A stretch of DNA of 64,000 nt, taken from contig NC_134472.1 in NCBI RefSeq assembly GCF_964194025.1, forward strand, positions 69,316,001 through 69,380,000. The letters run 5' to 3'. A program made the translations under genes and the position numbers. Numbering within the stretch: position 1 is the first letter of the stretch; the number at the start of each line of letters is the position of its first letter. Shown in pieces: positions 12,301-25,074 of this stretch. Origin of the DNA: Convolutriloba macropyga (Eukaryota). The notes below the pieces were generated by a model. That model ran no database searches. It was not told the origin of the DNA and worked only from the letters and a program-made list of their open reading frames with translations.

Positions 12301-13332
12301 AATTATGATCGTTGTATGTTTAGTAAGTTTCCGTAATATCCATATATGGAGTTCTGTGATTGGCAATTTTTTTTATGGTTGTTGGTGGTCAATCCGGGAA
12401 CTTTTTAGTGTCATTTGTGTTATCCTAATATTTAACCCTAATATGAAATCTTTCTTAATACTGAAAAACTTAGTGTCTTGCAGAAATTTGAAAATATGTA
12501 CTTTTTAATAATAAAAAAGAACTAAAATCTCACTCACCCTGTTTCACAACGAACAGTTCAAATTATGTTAATTTCCTATAATTGGAGGAAAGAGCGGGAA
12601 ATGTATTTTTAAAATGTTGAATTATCTGAATTAGTTTGCCCAGTTTCAAAGTTCTAGGCTCCGCCAATGTTGCAGCCCGTAAATGAATTGGTCTGGTGAA
12701 TTCGAGTTTCATGTTTCTTCTGTCAATTTGATAAATAGCGGTTTTAAGAAAGTATACAGCATAATAGATTTATTAAACAGCTTCATTTGAAACTAAAAGA
12801 GTGAAAAATGAAATACTGCAGACACCGAAAAAAAAGGTTTCTTTGACAAGCCATTGTGATCATAAAGAATACGAACTTTCGAATCTGCTCTTGGAATATT
12901 CATTTGCCTTGATTGTGTTTATTGCACCTTATTAAGTTTTATCAATAAATATATCTTTAAAGTTATTGCGATAATATGCTTCTCATTCGTTTCTGATAAT
13001 GAATTAACTATAACGCCATGATATCTATTTTTTCTGTAGTGCTTAGATTCTTTCCCAAACAACGTTTGGTTTCCTCGGGTTTTGTCAATTATACAACGCT
13101 ATATGTAAATAGTCATAATTATTGATTCTCCTAATTTAATTAGGAGCCGAAAATTTATCAAATGGTTCAATAGGAACGCAAGTCTAACGTGATCTTTTAA
13201 ACTCCTTCCACAAAGATGTCGTTTCAAAAACTTTGACTTCTAGTCAGACCATCTTCGTGATTCGTGATTTTGCTTGATGTTTTAACCTCCAGATATACTA
13301 TTGATGACCCTTATTCACAGCGTTTTTCTAGC

Positions 13333-16300
13333 GGTTACTTTCTAATCAGACCATCTCACAAAAAAGTGCTCCCTGCTCAGACCTTAAAAAAACTCATTGA
13401 GTTTTGTTAACTACAGTTAACGATTTTTTACCAGAACTTTCACGCAAAAACCACAATCATATCTGCTTGGAATTTCAAAAAAAGTTACGACATTACGACA
13501 TATTACACTATGGTAATAAAAAGCTACGTACAGCAGAATTTGTGCTCCTTAAGCGTTGTTTCTACTCAAACTTTTACACTTTCCGCTAATGTGAGCAAAC
13601 GCCTTGGATTCCGTTTCAGACTATTTCCGTTTTCTTCTTTTACACAGAAAATCTTTTCAAGCTGCTTTGCTATTTCTTTGTTTGCCATTCTATTGCAATT
13701 TGAAATACAAAACATGTTTGACTTTTAAACGATTTTTTGCCAATTAGAATTAGGCTGCTTTTCAAACAGATAGATTTATTTTGCTTTACAATTCAGGCAT
13801 AAAATATTAACAAAGATTTTAAAATTTACGAACTTTTATGAACCAAAGCAATCCTAAAAAATTTCTGATGTCAAGTAAAAACACGCATGCTTTGCTCATA
13901 AAGGCTAATGACAAAAATTTTGTGGGGAGCGTGAACGGGAGTTAAACATACACGACAGGATGCAGAAACATAGCCGCCAGTAATTTATAATATTTTTGGG
14001 ATCAAATACAAAAGCATCTGAGTTTAAAATTATGATATAGGGGACAGAGAAAACGAAAGTGTTATAAAACGTAAAACTGTTTTAAACTTTCAGAAAAGAC
14101 ATCTCCTCCCGCTAGAATGTTTTTTCAAAACTTTGACCTCTAGTCAGACAATCTTCGTGATTTTGCTCGGTAATTGAACCTCGAAGTAAACTTTGATGAC
14201 CTTTGATTCCACCGTTTTTCCAGCGGTTGCTTTCTAATCAAACGATATCACAAAGTTTTACCTGCTGAAAAAAATTTTTCATTGAGTTTTGCGAAGTAGC
14301 CTTAACAATTTCTCTCTAGAGCATTGAAGCGAAAACAACAACCATGCCTGGTCGAAATCTCATAATTCAAAAAAATGACATAACGACTTACAAAAACTAT
14401 TGTACTAAAAACTAAGTACAGCAGATTTTGTGCTCTTTAAGTCTTATTTCTGATCAAAACGTTTATATTTTGCGCTGATGTGTGAAAAAACGTGCATTTG
14501 TGAAATTTTAAACCAGATTTACGCTTTAAACTGTTTTTCTAAAATTTCTCCTTTACACAGAAAGTATCGTTAAGCTGCTTTGTTCTTTCTCTGTTTGCCA
14601 TGCTGCTGCAATTCAAAATTTACTATTCTCACGGACCAAATAGAAAATAACTCAGCTCAAAATATCGATCTAGTATAAAACGTGCGTTGCCGAAAAAGTA
14701 ACAGGCTCAAGACATCTCGAACAATAAAAAAAATTGTGCAAGTTCTTCGAATAAATGGAGCAAGGCTTCATTCTGAAAAACACTTCGATTGCGGGCAACC
14801 AATCACTTACGTTGTGGTGTACAATACAATACAAGTATATGGACAGAAACTGTTTTTCAGATTCTAAAGGTTCTAAATTACTATGAATTATTAAAACATT
14901 ACAAAGAAAAATCGCCCTTTCAAGACTATATTTTTCAATAAGATAACGCTCAAGTGCATAAATCCAAGATTGTCAGCAATTTTTTCAAACAATAAGAGCG
15001 GTTGATTTTGAAGGGTCAGCAAATAGCACCAATCTGAATCCAATTGAAAACTTATAGACAATTACGAAAACAGAAATTTCTTTGGGAAAATTTGGAAATT
15101 TGGGAAGCGGCCAATTTTGAAAAAAAAACCCAATTTAATAAGTTTTTTTAGTTTTTCAAGATGCGAATGATGATTTTGGCGTGTACATTGAGGACATGGA
15201 TTAAAAATTATTAGACAAAATAAGAATAGAAGCAAATACGATAATACAATAGCCTAATTCACTAGCCCTGAAGAAATTGATTGATCAAGAATAGTTTACC
15301 TAAAGCAATGACGAAACTGCGTGAACATTTATTTGATGTTGATTTTTTTTATAAAACGGTTACTTTCTAATCAGACCATCTCACAAAAAAGTGCTCCCTG
15401 CTCAGACCTTAAAAAAACTCATTGAGTTTTGTTAACTACAGTTAACGATTTTTTACCAGAACTTTCACGCAAAAACCACAATCATATCTGCTTGGAATTT
15501 CAAAAAAAGTTACGACATTACGACATATTACACTATGGTAATAAAAAGCTACGTACAGCAGAATTTGTGCTCCTTAAGCGTTGTTTCTACTCAAACTTTT
15601 ACACTTTCCGCTAATGTGAGCAAACGCCTTGGATTCCGTTTCAGACTATTTCCGTTTTCTTCTCTTACACAGAAAATCTTTTCAAGCTGCTTTGCTATTT
15701 CTTTGTTTGCCATTCTATTGCAATTTGAAATACAAAACATGTTTGACTTTTAAACGATTTTTTGCCAATTAGAATTAGGCTGCTTTTCAAACAGATAGAT
15801 TTATTTTGCTTTACAATTCAGGCATAAAATATTAACAAAGATTTTAAAATTTACGAACTTTTATGAACCAAAGCAATCCTAAAAAATTTCTGATGTCAAG
15901 TAAAAACACGCATGCTTTGCTCATAAAGGCTAATGACAAAAATTTTGTGGGGAGCGTGAACGGGAGTTAAACATACACGACAGGATGCAGAAACATAGCC
16001 GCCAGTAATTTATAATATTTTTGGGATCAAATACAAAAGCATCTGAGTTTAAAATTGCGATATAGGGGACAGAGAAAACGAAAGTGTTATAAAACGTAAA
16101 ACTGTTTTAAACTTTCAGAAAAGACATCTCCTCCCGCTAGAATTTTTTTTCAAAACTTTGACCTCTAGTCAGACAATCTTCGTGATTTTGCTCGGTAATT
16201 GAACCTCGAAGTAAACTTTGATGACCTTTGATTCCACCGTTTTTCCAGCGGTTGCTTTCTAATCAAACGATATCACAAAATTTTACCTGCTGAAAAAAAT

Positions 16301-19150
16301 TTTTCATTGAGTTTTGCGAAGTAGCCTTAACAATTTCTCTCTAGAGCATTGAAGCGAAAACAACAACCATGCCTGGTCGAAATCTCATAATTCAAAAAAA
16401 TGACATAACGACTTACAAAAACTATTGTACTAAAAACTAAGTACAGCAGAATTTGTGCTCTTTAAGTCTTATTTCTGATCAAAACGTTTATATTTTGCGC
16501 TGATGTGTGAAAAAACGTGCATTTGTGAAATTTTAAACCAGATTTACGCTTTAAACTGTTTTTCTAAAATTTCTCCTTTACACAGAAAGTATCGTTAAGC
16601 TGCTTTGTTCTTTCTCTGTTTGCCATGCTGCTGCAATTCAAAATTTACTATTCTCACGGACCAAATAGAAAATAACTCAGCTCAAAATATCGATCTAGTA
16701 TAAAACGTGCGTTGCCGAAAAAGTAACAGGCTCAAGACATCTCGAACAATAAAAAAAATTGTGCAAGTTCTTCGAATAAATGGAGCAAGGCTTCATTCTG
16801 AAAAACACTTCGATTGCGGGCAACCAATCACTTACGTTGTGGTGTACAATACAATACAAGTATATGGACAGAAACTGTTTTTCAGATTCTAAAGGTTCTA
16901 AATTACTATGAATTATTAAAACATTACAAAGAAAAATCGCCCTTTCAAGACTATATTTTTCAATAAGATAACGCTCAAGTGCATAAATCCAAGATTGTCA
17001 GCAATTTTTTCAAACAATAAGAGCGGTTGATTTTGAAGGGTCAGCAAATAGCACCAATCTGAATCCAATTGAAAACTTATAGACAATTACGAAAACAGAA
17101 ATTTCTTTGGGAAAATTTGGAAATTTGGGAAGCGGCCAATTTTGAAAAAAAACCCAATTTAATAAGTTTTTTTAGTTTTTCAAGATGCGAATGATGATTT
17201 TGGCGTGTACATTGAGGACATGGATTAAAAATTATTAGACAAAATAAGAATAGAAGCAAATACGATAATACAATAGCCTAATTCACTAGCCCTGAAGAAA
17301 TTGATTGATCAAGAATAGTTTACCTAAAGCAATGACGAAACTGCGTGAACATTTATTTGATGTTGATTTTTTTATAAAACGGTTACTTTCTAATCAGACC
17401 ATCTCACAAAAAAGTGCTCCCTGCTCAGACCTTAAAAAAACTCATTGAGTTTTGTTAACTACAGTTAACGATTTTTTACCAGAACTTTCACGCAAAAACC
17501 ACAATCATATCTGCTTGGAATTTCAAAAAAAGTTACGACATTACGACATATTACACTATGGTAATAAAAAGCTACGTACAGCAGAATTTTTGCTCCTTAA
17601 GCGTTGTTTCTACTCAAACTTTTACACTTTCCGCTAATGTGAGCAAACGCCTTGGATTCCGTTTCAGACTATTTCCGTTTTCTTCTCTTACACAGAAAAT
17701 CTTTTCAAGCTGCTTTGCTATTTCTTTGTTTGCCATTCTATTGCAATTTGAAATACAAAACATGTTTGACTTTTAAACGATTTTTTGCCAATTAGAATTA
17801 GGCTGCTTTTCAAACAGATAGATTTATTTTGCTTTACAATTCAGGCATAAAATATTAACAAAGATTTTAAAATTTACGAACTTTTATGAACCAAAGCAAT
17901 CCTAAAAAATTTCTGATGTCAAGTAAAAACACGCATGCTTTGCTCATAAAGGCTAATGACAAAAATTTTGTGGGGAGCGTGAACGGGAGTTAAACATACA
18001 CGACAGGATGCAGAAACATAGCCGCCAGTAATTTATAATATTTTTGGGATCAAATACAAAAGCATCTGAGTTTAAAATTGCGATATAGGGGACAGAGAAA
18101 ACGAAAGTGTTATAAAACGTAAAACTGTTTTAAACTTTCAGAAAAGACATCTCCTCCCGCTAGAATGTTTTTTCAAAACTTTGACCTCTAGTCAGACAAT
18201 CTTCGTGATTTTGCTCGGTAATTGAACCTCGAAGTAAACTTTGATGACCTTTGATTCCACCGTTTTTCCAGCGGTTGCTTTCTAATCAAACGATATCACA
18301 AAATTTTACCTGCTGAAAAAAATTTTTCATTGAGTTTTGCGAATTAGCCTTAACAATTTCTCTCTAGAGCATTGAAGCGAAAACAACAACCATGCCTGGT
18401 CGAAATCTCATAATTCAAAAAAATGACATAACGACTTACAAAAACTATTGTACTAAAAACTAAGTACAGCAGATTTTGTGCTCTTTAAGTCTTATTTCTG
18501 ATCAAAACGTTTATATTTTGCGCTGATGTGTGAAAAAACGTGAATTTGTGAAATTTTAAACCAGATTTACGCTTTAAACTGTTTTTCTAAAATTTCTCCT
18601 TTACACAGAAAGTATCGTTAAGCTGCTTTGTTCTTTCTCTGTTTGCCATGCTGCTGCAATTCAAAATTTACTATTCTCACGGACCAAATAGAAAATAACT
18701 CAGCTCAAAATATCGATCTAGTATAAAACGTGCGTTGCCGAAAAAGTAACAGGCTCAAGACATCTCGAACAATAAAAAAAATTGTGCGAGTTCTTCGAAT
18801 AAATGGAGCAAGGCTTCATTCTCAAAAACACTTCGATTGCGGGCAACCAATCACTTACGTTGTGCTGTACAATACAATACAAGTATATGGACAGAAACTG
18901 TTTTTCAGATTCTAAAGGTTCTAAATTACTATGAATTATTAAAACATTACAAAGAAAAATTGCCCTTTCAAGACTATTTTTCAATAAGATAACGCTCAAG
19001 TGCATAAATCCAAGATTGTCAGCAATTTTTTCAAACAATAAGAGCGGTTGATTTTGAAGGGTCAGCAAATAGCACCAATCTGAATCCAATTGAAAACTTA
19101 TAGACAATTACGAAAACCGAAATTTCTTTGGGAAAATTTGGAAATTTGGG
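13333..19150. repeat. Tandem array of a ~2024-bp unit, about 2.9 near-identical copies
   Basis: Matching ORFs recur at 13404/15429/17452 and 14682/16707/18730 (offsets 2025 and 2023). Confidence 0.97.
14700..15105 (+). pseudogene. Tc1/mariner transposase relic, repeated in each array unit (also ~16725-17130 and ~18750-19230)
   Basis: Translates to FQ*DNAQVHKSKIVSNFF..SANSTNLNPIENL*, matching the Tc1 pattern FQQDNAP.H..WP.NSPDLNPIENLW. Confidence 0.75.
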
Positions 19151-21149
19151 AAAACTTCCGGAAATTCTACTTTCATGTTAGAAACTTGTATGAAAACAAT
19201 ACAAACCGTCATGGAAGAGAAATTTGTTTTTTTTTTATAAAAAGTTTTTCATCATTGAACAGCCTTAAGAAGTAATACAGAAAAGTTTTGTCAAACAATA
19301 AAACTTGAATGATCAAATTATGAAAAACTCGTTCCAAAATATTTCTTAGAAAAAACCTTTGAGCACTGAAAAGTAAAAGTTTCCGTTTTTTGGAAATGAA
19401 ATTCGAGTTTTCCAGGCAAGTTAATCTGATCTTCATTCAACGAATTTGTGTATCAATCCATTGAAGAGGTGTAGTCATAAAACTTCATAGTTCAGAAAAA
19501 ATAGTAACAGGATGTTAGGGCGTCAGATTTGTTTAGATCTGCTTAACTTGTGCCTAATAATTGAATCAAATTACTAGTTCAACCAAATGACAATCTTCAG
19601 GTTTCAAATTTTTTTGAAGTGCTCAGAGCGAATGACAGCTGAATCTCAGATGTCAATTAGTTGAGTTCGGGAATGCTACATTGAAGGAAGAATTTTGTCT
19701 TTACATGTCGAAACAAATGTTTTCCTATATTGATCGAAGGGCGGGTGGGGTGAAGTGGCTTGAAATAAGTTTATACCACTAGCTATTTTGGATATCAATA
19801 TCTTTGATTATTGGTAACCAATTTTATTGATTACAATAACCAATTTTTCATTGTGACCTAGCTAGTTAAATTTTAGAAGTGAATTAAATTTATTGCAGTC
19901 ATTGCTGTTATTTTCTCAATTTTTGTCAGTTCTCTGTGGCTTTATCTGATCTGAAGTTTCAAAAAAAAACTTTTTGAATAATTCAATTTTAAAATTGCTT
20001 CGTTTTTTATGCTTACCTTAAGCTGAAATCATTTCAAAAGTATTCACAATATGTAAACTTTACCTCGCAACAACTTCCCAGAATTCCCAATTTGCAAAGT
20101 ATAAAATCAGTAGAGGTAATGGGATTAAACAGCAATGTTGTTAATTGCCCAAAAGAAATTCAAAATTTGAAACTGCCCAAAATCGCATCGCGTGAAATCT
20201 CTGGTCCGGTGAATTTGAATTTCAAATGTTTCATTTTGAAATGTAAAGCCTCATTTTGATGCAAATTCAGTGAAAGATAAAATATTTTCAATTATTTTAA
20301 TTGAACTGAATGAATTAGTGCAAAATTGGCTCGAGGCTTTTCTGCATATTTAAGATTTTTTTTTCATAAATAGATGCGAATCTTGAATTATAAGAGACTA
20401 GTTTAAAACTATTCATGGATGCTAAAAAACTCAGTTTTTGAGCGATTTGAAACGATAAGAAGGATGTTGGGTTAATTTGCTTCAAATTGAAATGAGGGGT
20501 CGGAAATTGAATAGAAAAATTGGCTAATGGTAACAACGAAATTTTGGGTTACTTGGAAATGATTTCCAGGAAATTGAACTCCATTGGGGTCATTGCTCTT
20601 CAAATGTTTGTTTATTGCAAAATATTTTTACATTTACGTTTTAAAATATGTTAGATTCAGCGAAATAATAAGGGCTACAGGGAAAGGGGAGGATGTGGGG
20701 GTACTGTTGAGTGCAATTTAAAGCTGCTAAGTTGGGGTAAATAGGGCGTGAACGAAATTGAGGGTCAGGGTTACTCATGCTGTTTGTTACAAAAACCAGG
20801 AAATTGAAACAGCGTGGCGGCCAATTTTGAAAAAAAAAAACCAATTTAATAAGTTTTTTTACTTTTTCAAGATGCGAATGATGATTTTGGCGTGTACATT
20901 GAGGACATGGATTAAAAACTATTAGACAAAATAAGAATAGAAGCAAAGACGATAATACAATAGCCTAATTCACTAGCCCTGAAGAAATTGATTGATCAAG
21001 AATATTTTACCTAAAGCAATGACGAAACTGCGTGAACAATTATTTGATGTTGATTTTTTTTATAAAACGATGTTGATAAAAAATGATCTGTAGTTTGTGG
21101 GTCAACGATGCGTAATGCAATTTTTAAAATAAATAACGCAAATTGACTA

Positions 21150-21352
21150 CTAATGTTGAGCGAGCCAAAAAGCTGAGTTTCTGACGACTTTAATTCTGAA
21201 GAAATTGATTTGAAAAGCTCAGTGAGTAAAAATAAATTTTGTGAAAATACAACTTCACAATTATTTTTTTTTACTCATTGAGGTTTCCAAATCATATTTT
21301 CAGAATTGAAGACCTCAGAAATGCAGTTTTTATGCTTTTTCAACAATATTAG
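21150..21352. repeat. Imperfect palindrome, small foldback MITE-like
   Basis: AATTCTGAA..CTCAGTGAGTAAAAA..TTGTGAA pairs with TTCACAA..TTTTTACTCATTGAG..TTCAGAATT around ~21250. Confidence 0.7.
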
Positions 21353-22728
21353 TCAGAAGAAGTGAAATAGAATAGAAAGGAATAGATTAAATTTGCTATT
21401 CCTGTACAATAATCAAATTCAGTTATTTGTCCAGAAAGAATAAAAGTGGGCCACGTATAAATTAAAAAAAACGAGAATTCTTAGTTTGATCTAGGATGCC
21501 CCCTATCAGACCACAAAAAGAGTTATTCAGAAAACAAGGCTTATTGTGAGAACGTTTGTTGAATGAATGACTTGATTACTGAAAAAACTAGTGAAGGACA
21601 ATTCAATGCGGTTTCAATTCCCATCGCATTGAATGAAGATCAACATTCCCTCCTAAAAAAGCGATAATAAAATCATATTTTTAAAAATTTCTTTTAAAAA
21701 TAGAATTTGATTTTTTTGAGGGCGTTCCAGACAACAAACTTGTGGTATCAAATTTAAGATCTTTGTGTCTGATTCAGCTAAGATGAGAAACAACTGTTAA
21801 CCAGATTAACTGATCAAATAGCAAAATTAGACAATGAATTGCCTTTTTTGACGAAAAATTTTGCTAATAATTCGGTTTTTGATTCCGTTAAATTCATTTT
21901 TAAGATCTTGGTGTCTGAATTCAACTGAGCAGAGATACTCTTGTTTCAAATAAACCCTGCAAACTGGAAATTTACATAGCAAACTGCCCAGTAGAAGAGC
22001 AGTTTCAGTAGCATCTCGGTTTCAAATTCTCCGAAAATTTGTTTTAGTCGATTGAAGAATGATAGAAATTTCAAGTTGAACATTCTTTAACCATGGCTAA
22101 AAAGCTTACAGAGAAAACTGTCACAATTTTCTAAACTGTTTCAAAACTGTTACTGCTACAATTTGTCGGCTTTATTCAAACAGGGGAGGACTTATCAATT
22201 TGATGATCCTATTATGAAAATCATGAACCAGCGATTCTATTACCTGCATAAAACTATGGAACATCGGTGAGTTGAACAGATTTTACGCGGTAATCAGTTT
22301 ACTGCTGTTAACGGAGAAATGGCAAAAGTCTCTCTAAACTTTTTGGTACAAACTACTTTTTACTTTTCTAAAGTTTTTCAAGCTGGTAAATTTTTATCTA
22401 CTTTTAGTAGACTCAAATGAAAATTACAGGTAATGGAAATTGAAATTTTGGTGAGAACAATGTTCAAAAGCCGACAATTTACTACAAAAATTTTCAATTC
22501 GAAATGAGTGTATTTCAAAAGTTTAAGTAGAGTTATCAAAAACACTATTTAAAACATGTTTTGGGTTAATTTTCCGATGTTTCGCCAACGTTTCCACAAT
22601 TCTTGTTCGCTTCTGATCGTTTCATGCCTTTCCTGATCGATATGCAATTGTGGTGAAACTTGATAATTGAACCCTGATAATTAATAAGTCAAAGGAAAAC
22701 AGCTGCAACTGGTGGATATAGTAAAAAG

Positions 22729-25015
22729 AAACAAGGAGGCTCGGTAATGTGCGTTTTCATATAAAGTTCCGACCCCGCCCATCCACATTTTCGGCATAAA
22801 TGTCTACCAAATGATACCAAATGAGGAACAGATAGAAAACCCCAAAAAATTAAAGTAATTAAAAAAACGTGTATGAACAAAAAAAGTAAGTGGAGTAACA
22901 AATGAGGCATTAGATTGATGAGATCAGCTATAATTAAGAAAGCAAATCAAGACGAATAACAAAATCAAACAACAATAACAACAAACATTAATTACACTCA
23001 AAATTTAATGACCGTTTTAAAAAAATATATTAACAAGGTCAAAATAGCGTCGAACAAAACTGCAACTAAACAAAATAAATTGTACTTCACTAGAAACGAT
23101 ATGGACCAGTTTATAGAAAGGTTCGGTAAGAATTGGACAAAAAAACAATAACAGAAAAGTTAAAAATTGGCTTATATTTTTTAAAATCAAAAAACTTCAA
23201 AGTAATGAAATTCATTAGACAGCAATTGAAAAGAACCATCTTGTTTATGATCAAATACGCATCTAAAGGAGATCATTAAGACCTACCAAAACGAATAACG
23301 GAGTCAACAAACAAAAATTTAATTAAAAGGTGCGAAAAACCCCCGTCGAAGCCACTAAATTCATGAAATTTTTAGAGAACATCAGATTTCGGACACTTGC
23401 ACCTTCCCTCGACAACAATAATGTCATATGTGACCTGTATTAAACGATAATAGGTAACAAATAGACAGAAAAGAACAAAAAAGTCATAATGATTTTTTTT
23501 GAAAATAATTGTTTTCAAAGTCATGAAAGCCTCAGCTATCTACTCAAATCAGAGTATACACTCTTTTTTTCCTCCATAAAAAAGCAAAGAAATCTATCGT
23601 TATCTAGAACGTTTTAAACGACTATAAAGACAACGTAAAATTGACAGCTAAAAACAAATGTAAGTAAAAAATTATTTAAATTCTAGAAAGGAGTGTCGAA
23701 GCCGTTAAAACCATATTATTTGCTTTCAAAAGTTTTTTATGTTCATTTATGTTATATTTTGAACGTCAATAAAGTTATATATGAGCTGTTATTATTGTGA
23801 TAACGACAAAAAAGAGAAAAAACCGCGAAAAAAAGGCCAATGCCTAAAAATAAAAAATGGTGAAATCTAGTAGTCTCAAGGCCAGAGAACCACAATTTAA
23901 CGCGTAGAACCGCAAAAAAAGATTAAATTTTAATTCAGCAGACAGAGGAGGAAGAAAAAGCTCTCTTTCGTTGCGGACAAAAAGCCACAAGTTGACCGCA
24001 AGAGCTATTAAGAGAAAAATAGTGACAAAGTTCGATCAGCCATTGTTTATTTAAAACTCGAAAAAAAAATTTAAAAAAAAAATCAAATTGATCACAAACT
24101 TACGAAAAAAGGAACTAGATACTTTAATGTGGAACTTCTTTGAAAACCATTTTGACCTATCAACAGTGAGCTCTGATTTGAATGGTTCTGTTCTTTAAGC
24201 AATTTAAAAAGGACCGAATTATTTTAAAAAGAAATCTGACTGATGAAAATCGAACTTTTATCGTAACAGTCAAAGACTGGACCACAACCAGCACTGATAT
24301 TGCTGTTTGTCCATTAAGAAGACTCAAGTGTTCCGAATTTCATAGATCTAGATAATTTGTTAGTTAAAGATAAAAAAAATATTGCGTTTTTGACAATCAA
24401 AGTGTAAAGATAGCAAAAAAACGGGCAAAAATTTAATTCCAGACTACTCTCAATGGAAGTGAAAGTAGAAATATCTCCCTTTGTAGGTTACAATTTTTGT
24501 GTTAGTTGTTTTTGGGTGTGTAATTTCGGCAAATTTAATCAAAGTGGACTAAAGAAGTCTATTTCCAGCAATTTTTGACGGAAAAGCCTGAATTTTGAAA
24601 TATTTAGCCAAAATTTTATCCAAAAAATTAAACCTAAATAGTCAAGAATAATTATCCAAAAAAATCAAACCAAAATATTCAACACTAAGTTTTTGTCTTT
24701 AAAAAAATTAACAGTACTATTGTTAACAATTTTTACACAAATTAGCAAAATTGTCGAAATTTTAGGTAGAAATTCAGGAAAATTTGAATAAAAATAACGC
24801 AAATAGGTCTAATATTCACAAAAATTTACGATACCCTTCTCTAGAAAACTGAATTCAAAATTTTTTTAATTCTATATTCTACGCTGGACGGGCTTTTTAG
24901 TGATACCACACACAAGTCTCTACGATGAATACATCGCTCGGTCAAAATTGTCTGAACAAAAAAACCCATTTGAGTATATAGTTCCTCCCCGCTCAAGAGG
25001 GGTCGGAACGATAAA
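22729..25015 (+). mobile_element. Non-autonomous Helentron/HINE-like element, left arm of the large inverted repeat
   Basis: Starts AAACAAGG; subterminal GTTCCGACCCC (~22767) is inverted as GGGGTCGGAAC (~24999), inside a 3' hairpin. No coding capacity. Confidence 0.55.
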
Positions 25016-25074
25016 TATGAAAAATGATTTTTCTATTCTAATTGTCACAGCGCGTTGTAATTTGGTGTTTAGTT

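Noticed and set aside
13404-19436. Repeated short ORFs in the tandem array
   Set aside because: They recur only because of the duplication; apart from the Tc1 relic they have no protein motifs.
22080-22520. NRGGL motif reminiscent of a P-element/THAP9 transposase C-terminus
   Set aside because: Too short and too decayed to support without a profile search.
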